Source: an uncultured Azospirillum sp. (GTDB lineage Bacteria; Pseudomonadota; Alphaproteobacteria; RF32; CAG-239). Taken from it: a stretch of DNA of 42,630 nt. Of this stretch, positions 7,726-17,090 are shown one piece after another. The notes below the pieces were generated by a model that worked only from the letters and a program-made list of their open reading frames with translations, was not told the DNA's origin and did not search any database. The stretch spans positions 1 through 42,630 of the forward strand of contig CAMOQT010000003.1 of NCBI GenBank assembly GCA_946623145.1. Reading direction: 5' to 3'. Within the stretch, counting starts at the first letter, position 1. Every line of letters starts with the position of its first letter. The translations under genes and the position numbers were made by a program.

Positions 7726-9292
7726 TTTTTATCTCCACTGCTCTAAAGCGATAAACGTTAATTCCGTTATTCCAATAATTAGGATTCATTCCTGCTTTTA
7801 TTTTAAGTTGTTTAAAAAATTCAGTTTTATCTCTCAACTGTGTCCAAACAACCGGCAGAAAAACACCTTGACGGTTTCCATCTCTGATAACTATTCCGTC
7901 TTTTCCTGCTTTTATTTGTTTTAAGACATCTTGTTCGTTGGTATAATTAATCTTTTCAAAATTCGTTAACAGAGAAATACTATATGTTATTTCCGGTAAT
8001 TCATCTTCTGTTACCGGAGAAAAACGATTATCTTCTAACGCTGCGGCATAAGCATTATTTGCAATTCCCTGTGCAACCGAAAGAGTTGGCAGAATATTTC
8101 CTATACATCCTCTGAGTTCTCCATTCTTATATAAAGTTACAAAAACCGCCCCTTTATCAAATAAATCTTCAGGAAAACTGCTACGAGAAGGAGAATAATG
8201 TTTATGATGCTTAACAGCTTTTACTAAACCTTCTTGAGCTATTTGCATTAATATATCTTTATAAAGATTACTGAAATTTTGCAAATTATCTGTTTCTTTT
8301 TCGAGTTTACTTTGTTTTTCTATAACTTCATCAGGATAAAAACTCCAGGCTCCATAGCCGACAACTTTTGACTTATCACCTTGACTATCTCCGGAATTAA
8401 TCAATTCTAACATTTGTGGACGATAATTACTGTTTTCTGCCAAAATCAATGCTGCATTTATTCCGGTAGCTCCGCAAGATTCATGATCATCCAAAAACTT
8501 ACCCTTGCTTATTTTTTTAGCTGTTTTGGCATCAATTTTAACCGCTTCGTTATATTGATAATAATGAGATAAATCTGCCGAAACGATCATAATTGTGTCC
8601 TCATTCATCAGATATTTTTGCAGTCCTTTAGATAAATCTTCTGGAGAAATATTTCCGTATATGATAGGGATAATTTCGGCCTGTGGTAAAACTTTTTGAA
8701 TAAAAGGAAGCTGAACTTCTATGCTATGCTCTTTTATATGTGCCCGATTATTAATATTGAATTGCTTGTTTTCTGCCGCTAATTGCTTAACAATCTGCTT
8801 ATTAACTTTAACATCTCCCAATGGGGTAGAAAAATAATCTATATCTGATAAAAAAGCACCTTGGCCACCATAAAAATGAGAAGGACCAACCAATATAATC
8901 TTCTTTATTTTTGCCGCTGCTCCCAGTAGTGTTGCATAAGCTTTTCCTGCTGCTCCGGCAGAATATTCATATCCGGCATGAGGGACAATTAACATTTTGG
9001 GATAATGACTATATGTAAATTTAAATTCCCCTGATTGTTGAATATATTTTTCAACATTTTTAGATAATTTCTCTGGTTGCGCCATATAAAACAATCCTGC
9101 TACGGCCGGATTTCTGTACTGAGCCAACACATCCTCCTTAGCTTGATAATTAGTTACATATTTGGAATTTGCAGATAAATATTTATCCCAATACCAATAA
9201 TTCAGAATTATTATTGCGACGACAATACACCCTCTTATGATGTACTTGGTTATTTTTGACGATTCAACCTCTTTCTTTTTTTTGCGTCCCAT
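7715..9292 (-). CDS. Fused AmmeMemoRadiSam protein B (Memo-like) and protein A (AMMECR1-like) with N-terminal TM anchor
   Basis: Memo motifs RNPAVAGLFY, VPHAGY, GPSH, EHSIEVQLPF, SADLSHY, VVGYG; AMMECR1 motifs LRGCIG, DNRF, FLPVVW. Confidence 0.9.
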   Translation of the reverse strand: MGRKKKKEVESSKITKYIIRGCIVVAIIILNYWYWDKYLSANSKYVTNYQAKEDVLAQYRNPAVAGLFYMAQPEKLSKNVEKYIQQSGEFKFTYSHYPKMLIVPHAGYEYSAGAAGKAYATLLGAAAKIKKIILVGPSHFYGGQGAFLSDIDYFSTPLGDVKVNKQIVKQLAAENKQFNINNRAHIKEHSIEVQLPFIQKVLPQAEIIPIIYGNISPEDLSKGLQKYLMNEDTIMIVSADLSHYYQYNEAVKIDAKTAKKISKGKFLDDHESCGATGINAALILAENSNYRPQMLELINSGDSQGDKSKVVGYGAWSFYPDEVIEKQSKLEKETDNLQNFSNLYKDILMQIAQEGLVKAVKHHKHYSPSRSSFPEDLFDKGAVFVTLYKNGELRGCIGNILPTLSVAQGIANNAYAAALEDNRFSPVTEDELPEITYSISLLTNFEKINYTNEQDVLKQIKAGKDGIVIRDGNRQGVFLPVVWTQLRDKTEFFKQLKIKAGMNPNYWNNGINVYRFRAVEIKNED

Positions 9293-9312
9293 TTATCTTC
9301 TCGTTATTTTAA

Positions 9313-11418
9313 TTAATCTAATTCCATTCCTGGTTTTACAGCCATATTCCGTCTCTGATATGTTCTTCCTTCAGCCTCTCTCTTATGGCTCAAAATAACG
9401 TATGAGAATGGTTTCAAGGCATAATTTTCACCTGCTTTATAAGTTTTATCTTCTTTCACAAAACCCTGTCGGGAAGAATCAAAAATAAGTTTCCATGAGC
9501 CACCTGATGGCGGTAATGGTAATTGATAATCAACCGTATAATAATCATCTCCTGAAATCATGACCATAAAGTCATCATCTTTACCTCCGGCTTGACGACT
9601 GCTTCCATTGAGCATATAAGCAATCGTTTTAGCATAAGGAGTGTGCCAATCTTGCTCTTCCATTTCTTTTGCGTCAGGACGAATCCAGGTAATATCTTTT
9701 ACTCCGTTTTCTTTAACCTTTTCACCGGTAAAAAGTTCCATACTGCTAAACGCCCCATGATTACGACGAAATGCATTTAATCTTTGAATATTCATAAAAA
9801 GCATTTTATTTTCAGAAGACATTTCTTTCCAGTCGACCCAAACGCTTTCATCATCAATACAATATGGATTATTATTTGGGCTTGAATAACCGCGTTCATC
9901 TCCTGCACGCATAAACGGAACACCTTTACTTAAAATATCAAAGGCGGCATTACTGACAGCGCGTTGATATAATTCATTACGATCTGATGATTTGCGATAA
10001 TTATCAGGACTTCCGTCGCGTCCTTCTTCTCCGTTCGGACGTGTATCTTTATAGTATTCAAAAGCGCCTAAAAGGCTAAATCCATCATGAGAACGCCCTG
10101 TTCCAATTACAGCACTGCTTTTTGTTGCCGGATCAACCAAAGCAGAACCCGCAATCTGAGTAGCAACTTCTCCTTGTTTTCCACCTTGAGAACTAAAAAA
10201 TTCAGCCACCGTTTTACGTCTTGCATCACTCCATTCTTTAACACCTTGGATTTGTCCTGAAAATCTTCCGGAATAATTTCCACCCAAAGCACTCCAGGGC
10301 TCAACGATAACATCCATATTTAACTTTTCGCGCGCATAGCGAATTTCTTGCATGAAACCACCATTATCTTGAAACTGACCATATTGATTAAGAGCGTTGT
10401 CTCCGCCTAAATCAAATCTCAAACCATCAACACCTAAAGAATTGGCATAATCTAAAAAGTCATGCAAAATTCGCTGTCCGCCCTTTGCATTTAAATTAAA
10501 ATTATTACGGCAACCGGTAAAATTTGCATAATTTGATTTATCATCCCCATTGGGGAGATAATAATTCGGACTGTCTATCAATTTATAAGATAAAGCGCGA
10601 TTATAAAATCCTTGTGTATCATATTCTCCGGTATGATTGAAAACGACATCTAAAGTTACTTTTATGCCACGACTATGTAAGGCATTAATCAGATATTTTA
10701 AATCTTCGTGATTTCCGTAACGGGGATTAACGGCAAAATGACAATACGGATTATATCCCCAATTATCGGTTTGACCTTTAGCTTTTTGCAAGTGGCGCCA
10801 AGGACATGTCGGCGTTATCGGCATTAATTCAATATTATTGACTCCTAATTGTTCAAAATAATCCAACATCCAAGGATTAGCCAAACCTCTTAATTTTCCT
10901 CGTTCAGCTAATGGTAAATTAGGGTTTCTAAATGTATAGTTACGGACATGGGTTTCTAAAATAGAATTTTTGCCCCAGGGAATTGTCGGTTTATGGTGTA
11001 GATAAGGGTACTTTTTCTTATCTTTTTGAGGATTTTGTTCAACCACAACAGATTTTGGCATATATGGCGCGCTATCTAAATCATTATCGACGCAAAGATA
11101 ATCATTTTCCCAATCTTTAATCTCCCCTGAAACATCTAAGCAATAAGGATCTATAGCTAATTTATTTGGATTAAAGAACAATCCCTGCTCCGGATTATAA
11201 TCTCCATAAATACGATAACCATATTTTTGACCGGCTTTAATTTTAGGAACAGAAACAGACCATATATCTCCTTCTTTTTTTTCTAATGGAATTCTTTTTT
11301 CTGTTTTTTCATCATCAGAAAAAAGGCAAAGCTCAATTTTTTTTGCATGTTCAGACGGAAGTGTGAAAACTGTTTTTTCCGGAGTAAAAACTGCACCCAT
11401 TTTATATTTTTCTGCCAT
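9313..11418 (-). CDS. glgX: Glycogen debranching enzyme/isoamylase (GH13 + CBM48)
   Basis: GQKYGYR, FNPNKLAIDPY, WGYNP, LDVVFNHT, GLRFDLG, EPW, SHDGF. Start uncertain (11418, 11400 or 11478). Confidence 0.85.
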   Translation of the reverse strand: MAEKYKMGAVFTPEKTVFTLPSEHAKKIELCLFSDDEKTEKRIPLEKKEGDIWSVSVPKIKAGQKYGYRIYGDYNPEQGLFFNPNKLAIDPYCLDVSGEIKDWENDYLCVDNDLDSAPYMPKSVVVEQNPQKDKKKYPYLHHKPTIPWGKNSILETHVRNYTFRNPNLPLAERGKLRGLANPWMLDYFEQLGVNNIELMPITPTCPWRHLQKAKGQTDNWGYNPYCHFAVNPRYGNHEDLKYLINALHSRGIKVTLDVVFNHTGEYDTQGFYNRALSYKLIDSPNYYLPNGDDKSNYANFTGCRNNFNLNAKGGQRILHDFLDYANSLGVDGLRFDLGGDNALNQYGQFQDNGGFMQEIRYAREKLNMDVIVEPWSALGGNYSGRFSGQIQGVKEWSDARRKTVAEFFSSQGGKQGEVATQIAGSALVDPATKSSAVIGTGRSHDGFSLLGAFEYYKDTRPNGEEGRDGSPDNYRKSSDRNELYQRAVSNAAFDILSKGVPFMRAGDERGYSSPNNNPYCIDDESVWVDWKEMSSENKMLFMNIQRLNAFRRNHGAFSSMELFTGEKVKENGVKDITWIRPDAKEMEEQDWHTPYAKTIAYMLNGSSRQAGGKDDDFMVMISGDDYYTVDYQLPLPPSGGSWKLIFDSSRQGFVKEDKTYKAGENYALKPFSYVILSHKREAEGRTYQRRNMAVKPGMELD

Positions 11419-11491
11419 TTTAAATCTTTCAAAAAAGTCTATATTTCTAATATTTGAAATATATAACTTTTTCTTCAATTTGCAAAGTTAT

Positions 11492-12157
11492 TTAAGTGTT
11501 TGTCCCTAAATTTTGGTAAAAATCTTTAAAGTCATTAAAATAAATGATTTGACTATTCGGTTCTCCTTCATCTCCCCATATTGAACGACCAATACGGATA
11601 GCCTGAGCATGAGCATTAAGTGCCGCCTGACTATCCAGCGGAGAATCTCCTATAACCCAAACCGTTTCCGGTGTGATTTTTTGTGGTAACATATCTTCCT
11701 CTAAAGCATAATAAATATGCTCCGGAGAAGGTTTATCCGCAGGGGCTTCGTGTCCGCAAACAATCTTTCTGAAATATACTTTTGGAAACAGTAACTCTTT
11801 TTCTTTCTCCAATAATATTCTCTCTTTATTACTGATGATATAAAGTTGAATGCCCCGCGCACTCAAATAGGTCAATAATTTCACCACATAAGGAAATGTC
11901 TTAATTTTGGTTGGCATAATGCGCAGATAAATATCTCGATAACGGGTATAAGCTTCTTCCGCAATTTTCCCAAAAATGAGTGGAAAATTATCTTTAAAAG
12001 ATAAACTGCCGTCCCTTAATTTTTTAACTTTATCCCAGCAAGGTAAATGATACGCCGCTAATACTTCATTAATAGCCGTCGTTAACGAACTTCGGCTCTC
12101 TACCAGCGTATTATCCCAATCAAAAAGGGCATATTTTAATTTTGATATATCTAACAT
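11492..12157 (-). CDS. HAD-family hydrolase (phosphoglycolate phosphatase-like)
   Basis: FDWDNTL, SNK, KPSP and IGDSPLD motifs. Confidence 0.9.
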   Translation of the reverse strand: MLDISKLKYALFDWDNTLVESRSSLTTAINEVLAAYHLPCWDKVKKLRDGSLSFKDNFPLIFGKIAEEAYTRYRDIYLRIMPTKIKTFPYVVKLLTYLSARGIQLYIISNKERILLEKEKELLFPKVYFRKIVCGHEAPADKPSPEHIYYALEEDMLPQKITPETVWVIGDSPLDSQAALNAHAQAIRIGRSIWGDEGEPNSQIIYFNDFKDFYQNLGTNT

Positions 12158-12203
12158 ATTGTGTCCTTGTTTTTTAGATATACCTTAGCCTCAAAAAAAT
12201 CAA

Positions 12204-12923
12204 CTATTCCTTCAAAACACGAGCCACAGTTAAAGCATCTACGCTCTTTGCTCCCGCTGTTTTTAGAACTAAACCACACTCTTTTAATGTTGCTCCTGTG
12301 GTATAAATATCGTCGATTATCACAACTCTTTTGTCTTTAATTTTATCCGCTGAAACGACCGTAAAAGCGTTTTTAACATTATTTCTTCGCCGACTTCCGC
12401 TGCATTCAACTTGAGGTTTTGTATTTTTATGACGTTTAAGCGATGTATAATCAACCGGCACCCCTGTTAATTTACTCAGTTCTTTACACAATAATGCCGC
12501 TTGATTGTATTTTCTATGTCTCAATCTTGTTTTATGAAGAGGAACAGGGATCAAAATATCTACACCTTGTTCCCAAATATCATGTCCTGCAGCTAAAAGC
12601 CATCGTGCTAAAAAGGGGGCATTTTCTGTTCTATCAAGAAATTTAAAGTTTATCAGAAGTGGTTTGCTATTTTCATCATAATATACTTTGGCCCGTTGCA
12701 TTCTAAACGGATTTTTATTATCACTCACGCAGGTTGCACAAGTTTTAGCTTTTGTTCCGCAAGAAAGAGGACATCCGCAACTTTGGCAATAAGGCTTGCT
12801 TATAAATTTTATTTTAGAAAAACAATCTTCACAAAGACCATTTTCTCCGCTCAAAATTTTTCCACATAACAAACAACGTGGCGGTAAAATGATGTTTAAT
12901 ATATTTTTCAAAAAAGCTAACAT
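12204..12923 (-). CDS. comF: ComF-family protein (double zinc ribbon + phosphoribosyltransferase domain)
   Basis: Four CxxC pairs, PVPLH, YNQA, IIDDIYTTGAT. Confidence 0.9.
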   Translation of the reverse strand: MLAFLKNILNIILPPRCLLCGKILSGENGLCEDCFSKIKFISKPYCQSCGCPLSCGTKAKTCATCVSDNKNPFRMQRAKVYYDENSKPLLINFKFLDRTENAPFLARWLLAAGHDIWEQGVDILIPVPLHKTRLRHRKYNQAALLCKELSKLTGVPVDYTSLKRHKNTKPQVECSGSRRRNNVKNAFTVVSADKIKDKRVVIIDDIYTTGATLKECGLVLKTAGAKSVDALTVARVLKE

Positions 12924-13795
12924 CAGGCGGTGATTTTCAATAATTCCTTATGAATATCATTAATATTATTGACGACGATGATTCCCGCATCTTTCATTGT
13001 GTTAACTTTGTCCTGAACAGTGATATCTCCGTAAGTCATCAAATCTCCGACATATCCCATTTTATGATCATCAAGCATTGTATTACCGGCCACAATGCCT
13101 ATTATTGGCTTTTTATGCTTTAAATGACGGTAATAAGCAGCTCCTTCTTCCTCAAACAGTCCGCCCATTTGACCGACCATAACAATTGCATCGGTTTGAT
13201 CATCTTCATGAAAAGCTGCAATAGCATCAACAAAATCCATACCGATAATCATATCATCTCCTAAACCGATAACCGTTGACTGACCGGCATTGGCTCTTTT
13301 TGTTTCCAACACAGCCTCATATGTTAAGGTTGATGAACGGGAAACTATTCCTATACGTCCTACAGTATGAATGTTTTCAGGGAAAATACCTAATCTTGCT
13401 TCTCCAGGAGTAATAATTCCCGGTGTATTTGGGCCGATCAGACGGGTTTTAGATTGCTTCAATATGGCTTTAACTTCCAACATATCTTTAACAGGAACAT
13501 TATCAGCAATACAGACCATCAGGTCTAATCCGGCTTCTACACCTTCTTTAACGGCAGCAACAACCTGTTTTGCCGGAACAAACATAACGGAAGCATTTGC
13601 TCCTGTCCCTTTTATGGCTTCTTTTACCGTATTAAAAACAGGAATACCTAAATGTTCTGTTCCTCCTTTTCCCGGTGTAACACCTGCAACTACATTTGTT
13701 CCGTAGTCCAAAGATCTTTTAACATGGAAAGAAGCTTGTGTACCGGTGATACCTTGTACCAATACTTTTGTCTCTTTATTTACAAAAACAGACAT
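12923..13795 (-). CDS. sucD: Succinyl-CoA synthetase alpha-like protein lacking the catalytic His
   Basis: Full-length SucD similarity (QGITG, VTPGKGG, TLTYEAV), but MGHAGA is replaced by MGYVGD. Confidence 0.85.
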   Translation of the reverse strand: MSVFVNKETKVLVQGITGTQASFHVKRSLDYGTNVVAGVTPGKGGTEHLGIPVFNTVKEAIKGTGANASVMFVPAKQVVAAVKEGVEAGLDLMVCIADNVPVKDMLEVKAILKQSKTRLIGPNTPGIITPGEARLGIFPENIHTVGRIGIVSRSSTLTYEAVLETKRANAGQSTVIGLGDDMIIGMDFVDAIAAFHEDDQTDAIVMVGQMGGLFEEEGAAYYRHLKHKKPIIGIVAGNTMLDDHKMGYVGDLMTYGDITVQDKVNTMKDAGIIVVNNINDIHKELLKITA

Positions 13796-14997
13796 TAGTC
13801 ACTTTCCTCCATAGCTTGAAGCAATTTATCAACCGAATCCTGCATATCCTCAGCAATGATAACCGGCAAATGAGAATTTTGCAAAATTCGTTTTGCTTCA
13901 TCTTTATTTGTTCCTTCAAAACGAACAACAAGAGGGACATTTAATCCAACTTCTGAGGCAGCCGCAACAATTCCGTCTGCCACCAGATTACATCTTAAAA
14001 ATCCACCCAGTACATTGATTAATATACCTTCCACGCGGGGATTAGTCATAATTAATTTAATACCAGCGGCTATTTTATCTCTATCAACACCACCTTTAAC
14101 GTTCAGGAAACATGCTGTATCTTCTCCCCGAGCTCGGATTAAATCCATCGCGGCCAAAGCAATTCCATCACCATTTACAATACAACCGATACTTCCATCA
14201 AACGAGCAATATTGGAAGCCATTTTTTGAAGCACGCAATTCTCGCTCTTCAATTTCATAAGCATCGAACAGTGGTTTCATTTGCGGCTGACGAAATAATG
14301 CCTTATCGTCAATTGTTAATTTTGCGTCCAGAGCAACAATTTCACCGTAACGATCAATTCCTGCCGGGTTAACTTCCAGCATTAAAGCATCTGTATCTTT
14401 AAATGCTTGAAACAAGCCTTGGACATATTTTTTTAAACGCGAACGGTATCTGTCTTTTAATTCCAAAAAAGCGGCCGCTTCTTTAACCTGCTTCGAAGAT
14501 ATTCCTTTATGCAAATCTAATTTAAGGCGCAGAATTTTTTCAGGCTCCTCAGCTGCGATTTGAGTAATATTTTTATCGCCCAAATAGGCTAACAACAAAG
14601 TTATTTCTGCTTCTAATCGATCAATAGCCAGACCAGTATAAAATATCTTTTTAATTTTATGAAAAGCTTCCACATAAACACGTGTAACAACTCTTCCTTT
14701 TGAACTCGTTTGCGGCGTTACCAAAGTAGCACCCAACATCTCTTCAGCCCCCTTCATAATAGCGCGACGAGATGTCATATATCTGATACCGGAACCTTTT
14801 CCCGCATTTTTTTCCAAAAAATATCCTTTAGGACGTGCTCCTGACTGAATTTGTGCTTTCAAAACCCAAGGTCCACGTGAAGATACTTCCGAAGCAGCTC
14901 TTTTGGCTTCTAACGGCGTATAGGCAATTTTTCCTTTAGGAATCTTAATTCCGTACTGACTAATAATTGCTTTTGCCTGATATTCATGTATATTCAT
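13795..14997 (-). CDS. sucC: Succinyl-CoA synthetase beta-like protein, divergent motifs
   Basis: MNIHEYQAK, EVNP, LDAK, ALFRQP, VRFEGTN. Confidence 0.85.
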   Translation of the reverse strand: MNIHEYQAKAIISQYGIKIPKGKIAYTPLEAKRAASEVSSRGPWVLKAQIQSGARPKGYFLEKNAGKGSGIRYMTSRRAIMKGAEEMLGATLVTPQTSSKGRVVTRVYVEAFHKIKKIFYTGLAIDRLEAEITLLLAYLGDKNITQIAAEEPEKILRLKLDLHKGISSKQVKEAAAFLELKDRYRSRLKKYVQGLFQAFKDTDALMLEVNPAGIDRYGEIVALDAKLTIDDKALFRQPQMKPLFDAYEIEERELRASKNGFQYCSFDGSIGCIVNGDGIALAAMDLIRARGEDTACFLNVKGGVDRDKIAAGIKLIMTNPRVEGILINVLGGFLRCNLVADGIVAAASEVGLNVPLVVRFEGTNKDEAKRILQNSHLPVIIAEDMQDSVDKLLQAMEESD

Positions 14998-15009
14998 ACC
15001 GTATCTCTA

Positions 15010-15408
15010 CTATTGTGCGCCGGCGTATTCCTTTATTTTCTCAACCATTGAGAACAGACCGTTACGGCGACTTGGGCTTAAATGTTCTTGCAGTTTTAGT
15101 TTAGCAAAAATTTCTTCAACTTCAATCTCTTTAATCTCTTGTGCAGATTTATTTGAATAAATCATTAAAACAATAGCAATTAAGCCTTTTACAATAAAGG
15201 CATCGCTATCTCCTTTAAAATAAAATTTTCCGTTTTCCTTTTTGGGTTCAAGCCACACTTGAGATTGACATCCTCTGACTTTCCAGTCTTCCGTTCTGTA
15301 TTCTTCATCCAGAGGCTCTAAATGACTGCCAAGTTCTATAATGTAACTGTATTTTTCCTCCCAACCATCCAGAAGTTCGAAATTATCTATCAGTTCATTA
15401 ATATCCAT
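15010..15408 (-). CDS. sufE: Cysteine desulfuration protein SufE
   Basis: VRGCQSQVW, DSDAFIVKG, LSPSRRNG. Confidence 0.95.
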   Translation of the reverse strand: MDINELIDNFELLDGWEEKYSYIIELGSHLEPLDEEYRTEDWKVRGCQSQVWLEPKKENGKFYFKGDSDAFIVKGLIAIVLMIYSNKSAQEIKEIEVEEIFAKLKLQEHLSPSRRNGLFSMVEKIKEYAGAQ

Positions 15409-15869
15409 TATATCATCTCCATCATAGCTCGAGCTTCTTCTGTCATACGGTCAAAGCTCCATGCCGGCTCCCAAACGATTTTAACTGTCACTTTTCCAAC
15501 CCCTTCAACCAGAGCCACAACATCTGCGGCTTGTTGAGGTAAGACACCGGCAACAGGACATCCCGGAGCCGTTAATGTCATATCAATCTCAACATCTCCG
15601 TTATCACTTTGACGGACATCATAAACCAATCCTAAATCATAAATATTTATTGGAATTTCCGGATCAAAAACTGTTTTAAGCGCTTCAACAATATCTCCCT
15701 GAGATGCTTTTTTCTCTCCTTCAGGTAAAGCTTGCCCAGCGTGAGCCTCGTAATCTTGAGGAACAACAGATCCTTCAGAAGCAGTATCCTGCCCCTGAGT
15801 CATAGCACTTAGAAGTCTTAATTCATTTTCATCTATTTCTTTTTCTTCACTCACTATTTTATTCCTCAA
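15408..15869 (-). CDS. sufT: Fe-S cluster assembly factor SufT (DUF59)
   Basis: DPEIPINIYDLGLVY and MTLTAPGCP. Confidence 0.9.
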   Translation of the reverse strand: MRNKIVSEEKEIDENELRLLSAMTQGQDTASEGSVVPQDYEAHAGQALPEGEKKASQGDIVEALKTVFDPEIPINIYDLGLVYDVRQSDNGDVEIDMTLTAPGCPVAGVLPQQAADVVALVEGVGKVTVKIVWEPAWSFDRMTEEARAMMEMI

Positions 15870-16749
15870 CCATCAAAATCAGACAAACAATCGACACTAA
15901 AAGTAATATCAAATACTGTGGTTTGATTTTTATATAATGTCCTTTTTTAGCAAAAGTAAACAGATAGTTATTTCCTAACATAATCCATACCGGATATGCG
16001 TGGACAATTGCTGCTACATAAGCCGGGTTTGGACTTAAATACATTGTATAAGTTTTCAAAACACTGTGTAGAATCGCAAAGCACATAAAAAACCATGCAA
16101 ATTTTAGGTTTTTACGTTCAAAAATCTCTTTAAAATGCCGTTTTTCTTGGAATAATATATTGCACACCCCTGCGACAAAAGAAGTTATCAAGGTATAATA
16201 AAATATTGCCGAAATTACATTTTCTGCACCTAAATGTGTCGTTTCTTTACTGGTCACATCAATAAACGTTTCACAACTCATTGCAGCCAATAAAAACCAT
16301 AAAGCTTTACGATTAGCTTTAGCCTGACTGATAAGAATTAAGGCTGTTGCGACACCTAACAAACATATGACAATTAAGGAAAATTTATCAGGTTCTGCAA
16401 TTAATTCCTGTAACTCATGGGGATGAATAAGCACCCAGACGATAAAGATAATGGCAATACTGACAGGATGAATAAGACTGGTAACTTCCGCTCCAAAGGC
16501 TTTCGCTGAATTAAGAATCCGATTTTCTCCAATTGATAAAACTAAGCCTTGTACCACGCATAAAACATAAAACCAGATATTGTGAATTGGCACAAAATAA
16601 AAACAAAACGGCAACAGAATAACTGCCGTTCCTAAACCGCGATAAGCCATTAAAACAGAGCCTTTGACTTTTAAAAACTGATTAGCCCATACATAACTTG
16701 CGGTTAATAAGCTTAAACAAAGAGCCAATATCCACCAATAGTTTTGCAT
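15859..16749 (-). CDS. DMT/EamA-like multi-TM transporter (paralog 1)
   Basis: About 10 hydrophobic segments; NPAYVAAI; paralog of 17563-18453. Start at ATG 16749 with SD GAGG. Confidence 0.7.
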   Translation of the reverse strand: MQNYWWILALCLSLLTASYVWANQFLKVKGSVLMAYRGLGTAVILLPFCFYFVPIHNIWFYVLCVVQGLVLSIGENRILNSAKAFGAEVTSLIHPVSIAIIFIVWVLIHPHELQELIAEPDKFSLIVICLLGVATALILISQAKANRKALWFLLAAMSCETFIDVTSKETTHLGAENVISAIFYYTLITSFVAGVCNILFQEKRHFKEIFERKNLKFAWFFMCFAILHSVLKTYTMYLSPNPAYVAAIVHAYPVWIMLGNNYLFTFAKKGHYIKIKPQYLILLLVSIVCLILMVEE

Positions 16750-16788
16750 TAAATCCTCTGCTTCTTGTTTTTTGCACAATTAACAGAA

Positions 16789-16816
16789 GTTATAAGCGAA
16801 TATTTTTGCTTGTCAA
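16789..16816 (-). promoter_or_regulatory. Sigma70-type promoter for DMT-sufT-sufE-sucCD
   Basis: TTGACA-N16-TATAAC on the minus strand; a tcaaga-N5-tcttga inverted repeat (16813-16829) overlaps the -35. Confidence 0.55.
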
Positions 16817-16907
16817 GATTATCTCTTGATGAAAAATGACTTGCTAATTCCTTAAAAGCTATTATATTTTAGATGGATTAAGTTTCGGATATTATTATAC
16901 ATGCCAT

Positions 16908-17090
16908 GAGGACTAGGAAACCTCCGGCAACATAACTTTGCCAAGTTATATGGCACCTAACAGGCACTACTCTGAAAGGAGGAGTGCCACGATAGTTGTA
17001 TGACTTAGTGGGTGCACGTTGCCGTGTTTTTCTACGCTCCTCCGCCTTTCAGAAGGCGGATTTTTTTATTTTTCAGAGGAGTTTTAGAAA
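16908..17090 (+). ncRNA. Structured cis-regulatory leader RNA of unknown family
   Basis: GC-enriched island with nested stems (cggcaac/gttgccg, ataactt/aagttat, gcacc/ggtgc, a ggcact..GAAA..agtgcc hairpin) followed by a terminator. Confidence 0.6.
17041..17067 (+). terminator. Intrinsic terminator/attenuator immediately upstream of the XRE gene SD
   Basis: tccgcctt-tcag-aaggcgga followed by T7. Confidence 0.75.

Noticed and set aside
13371-14372. Antisense and alternative-frame ORFs inside sucCD, and similar ones in the suf, sec, pilV-like and gld genes
   Set aside because: Shadow frames of well-supported genes, with no recognisable motifs.
12923-14997. Calling sucCD a pseudogene
   Set aside because: No stops or frameshifts, the 1-bp gene overlap is preserved and structural motifs are conserved; only the catalytic motifs differ.
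16908-17024. SAM-I riboswitch or 6S RNA identity for the leader
   Set aside because: gaggactagg..cggcaac resembles SAM-I only superficially; the AUC/GAU P1 and kink-turn/pseudoknot elements are missing. The multibranch fold does not fit the 6S rod.
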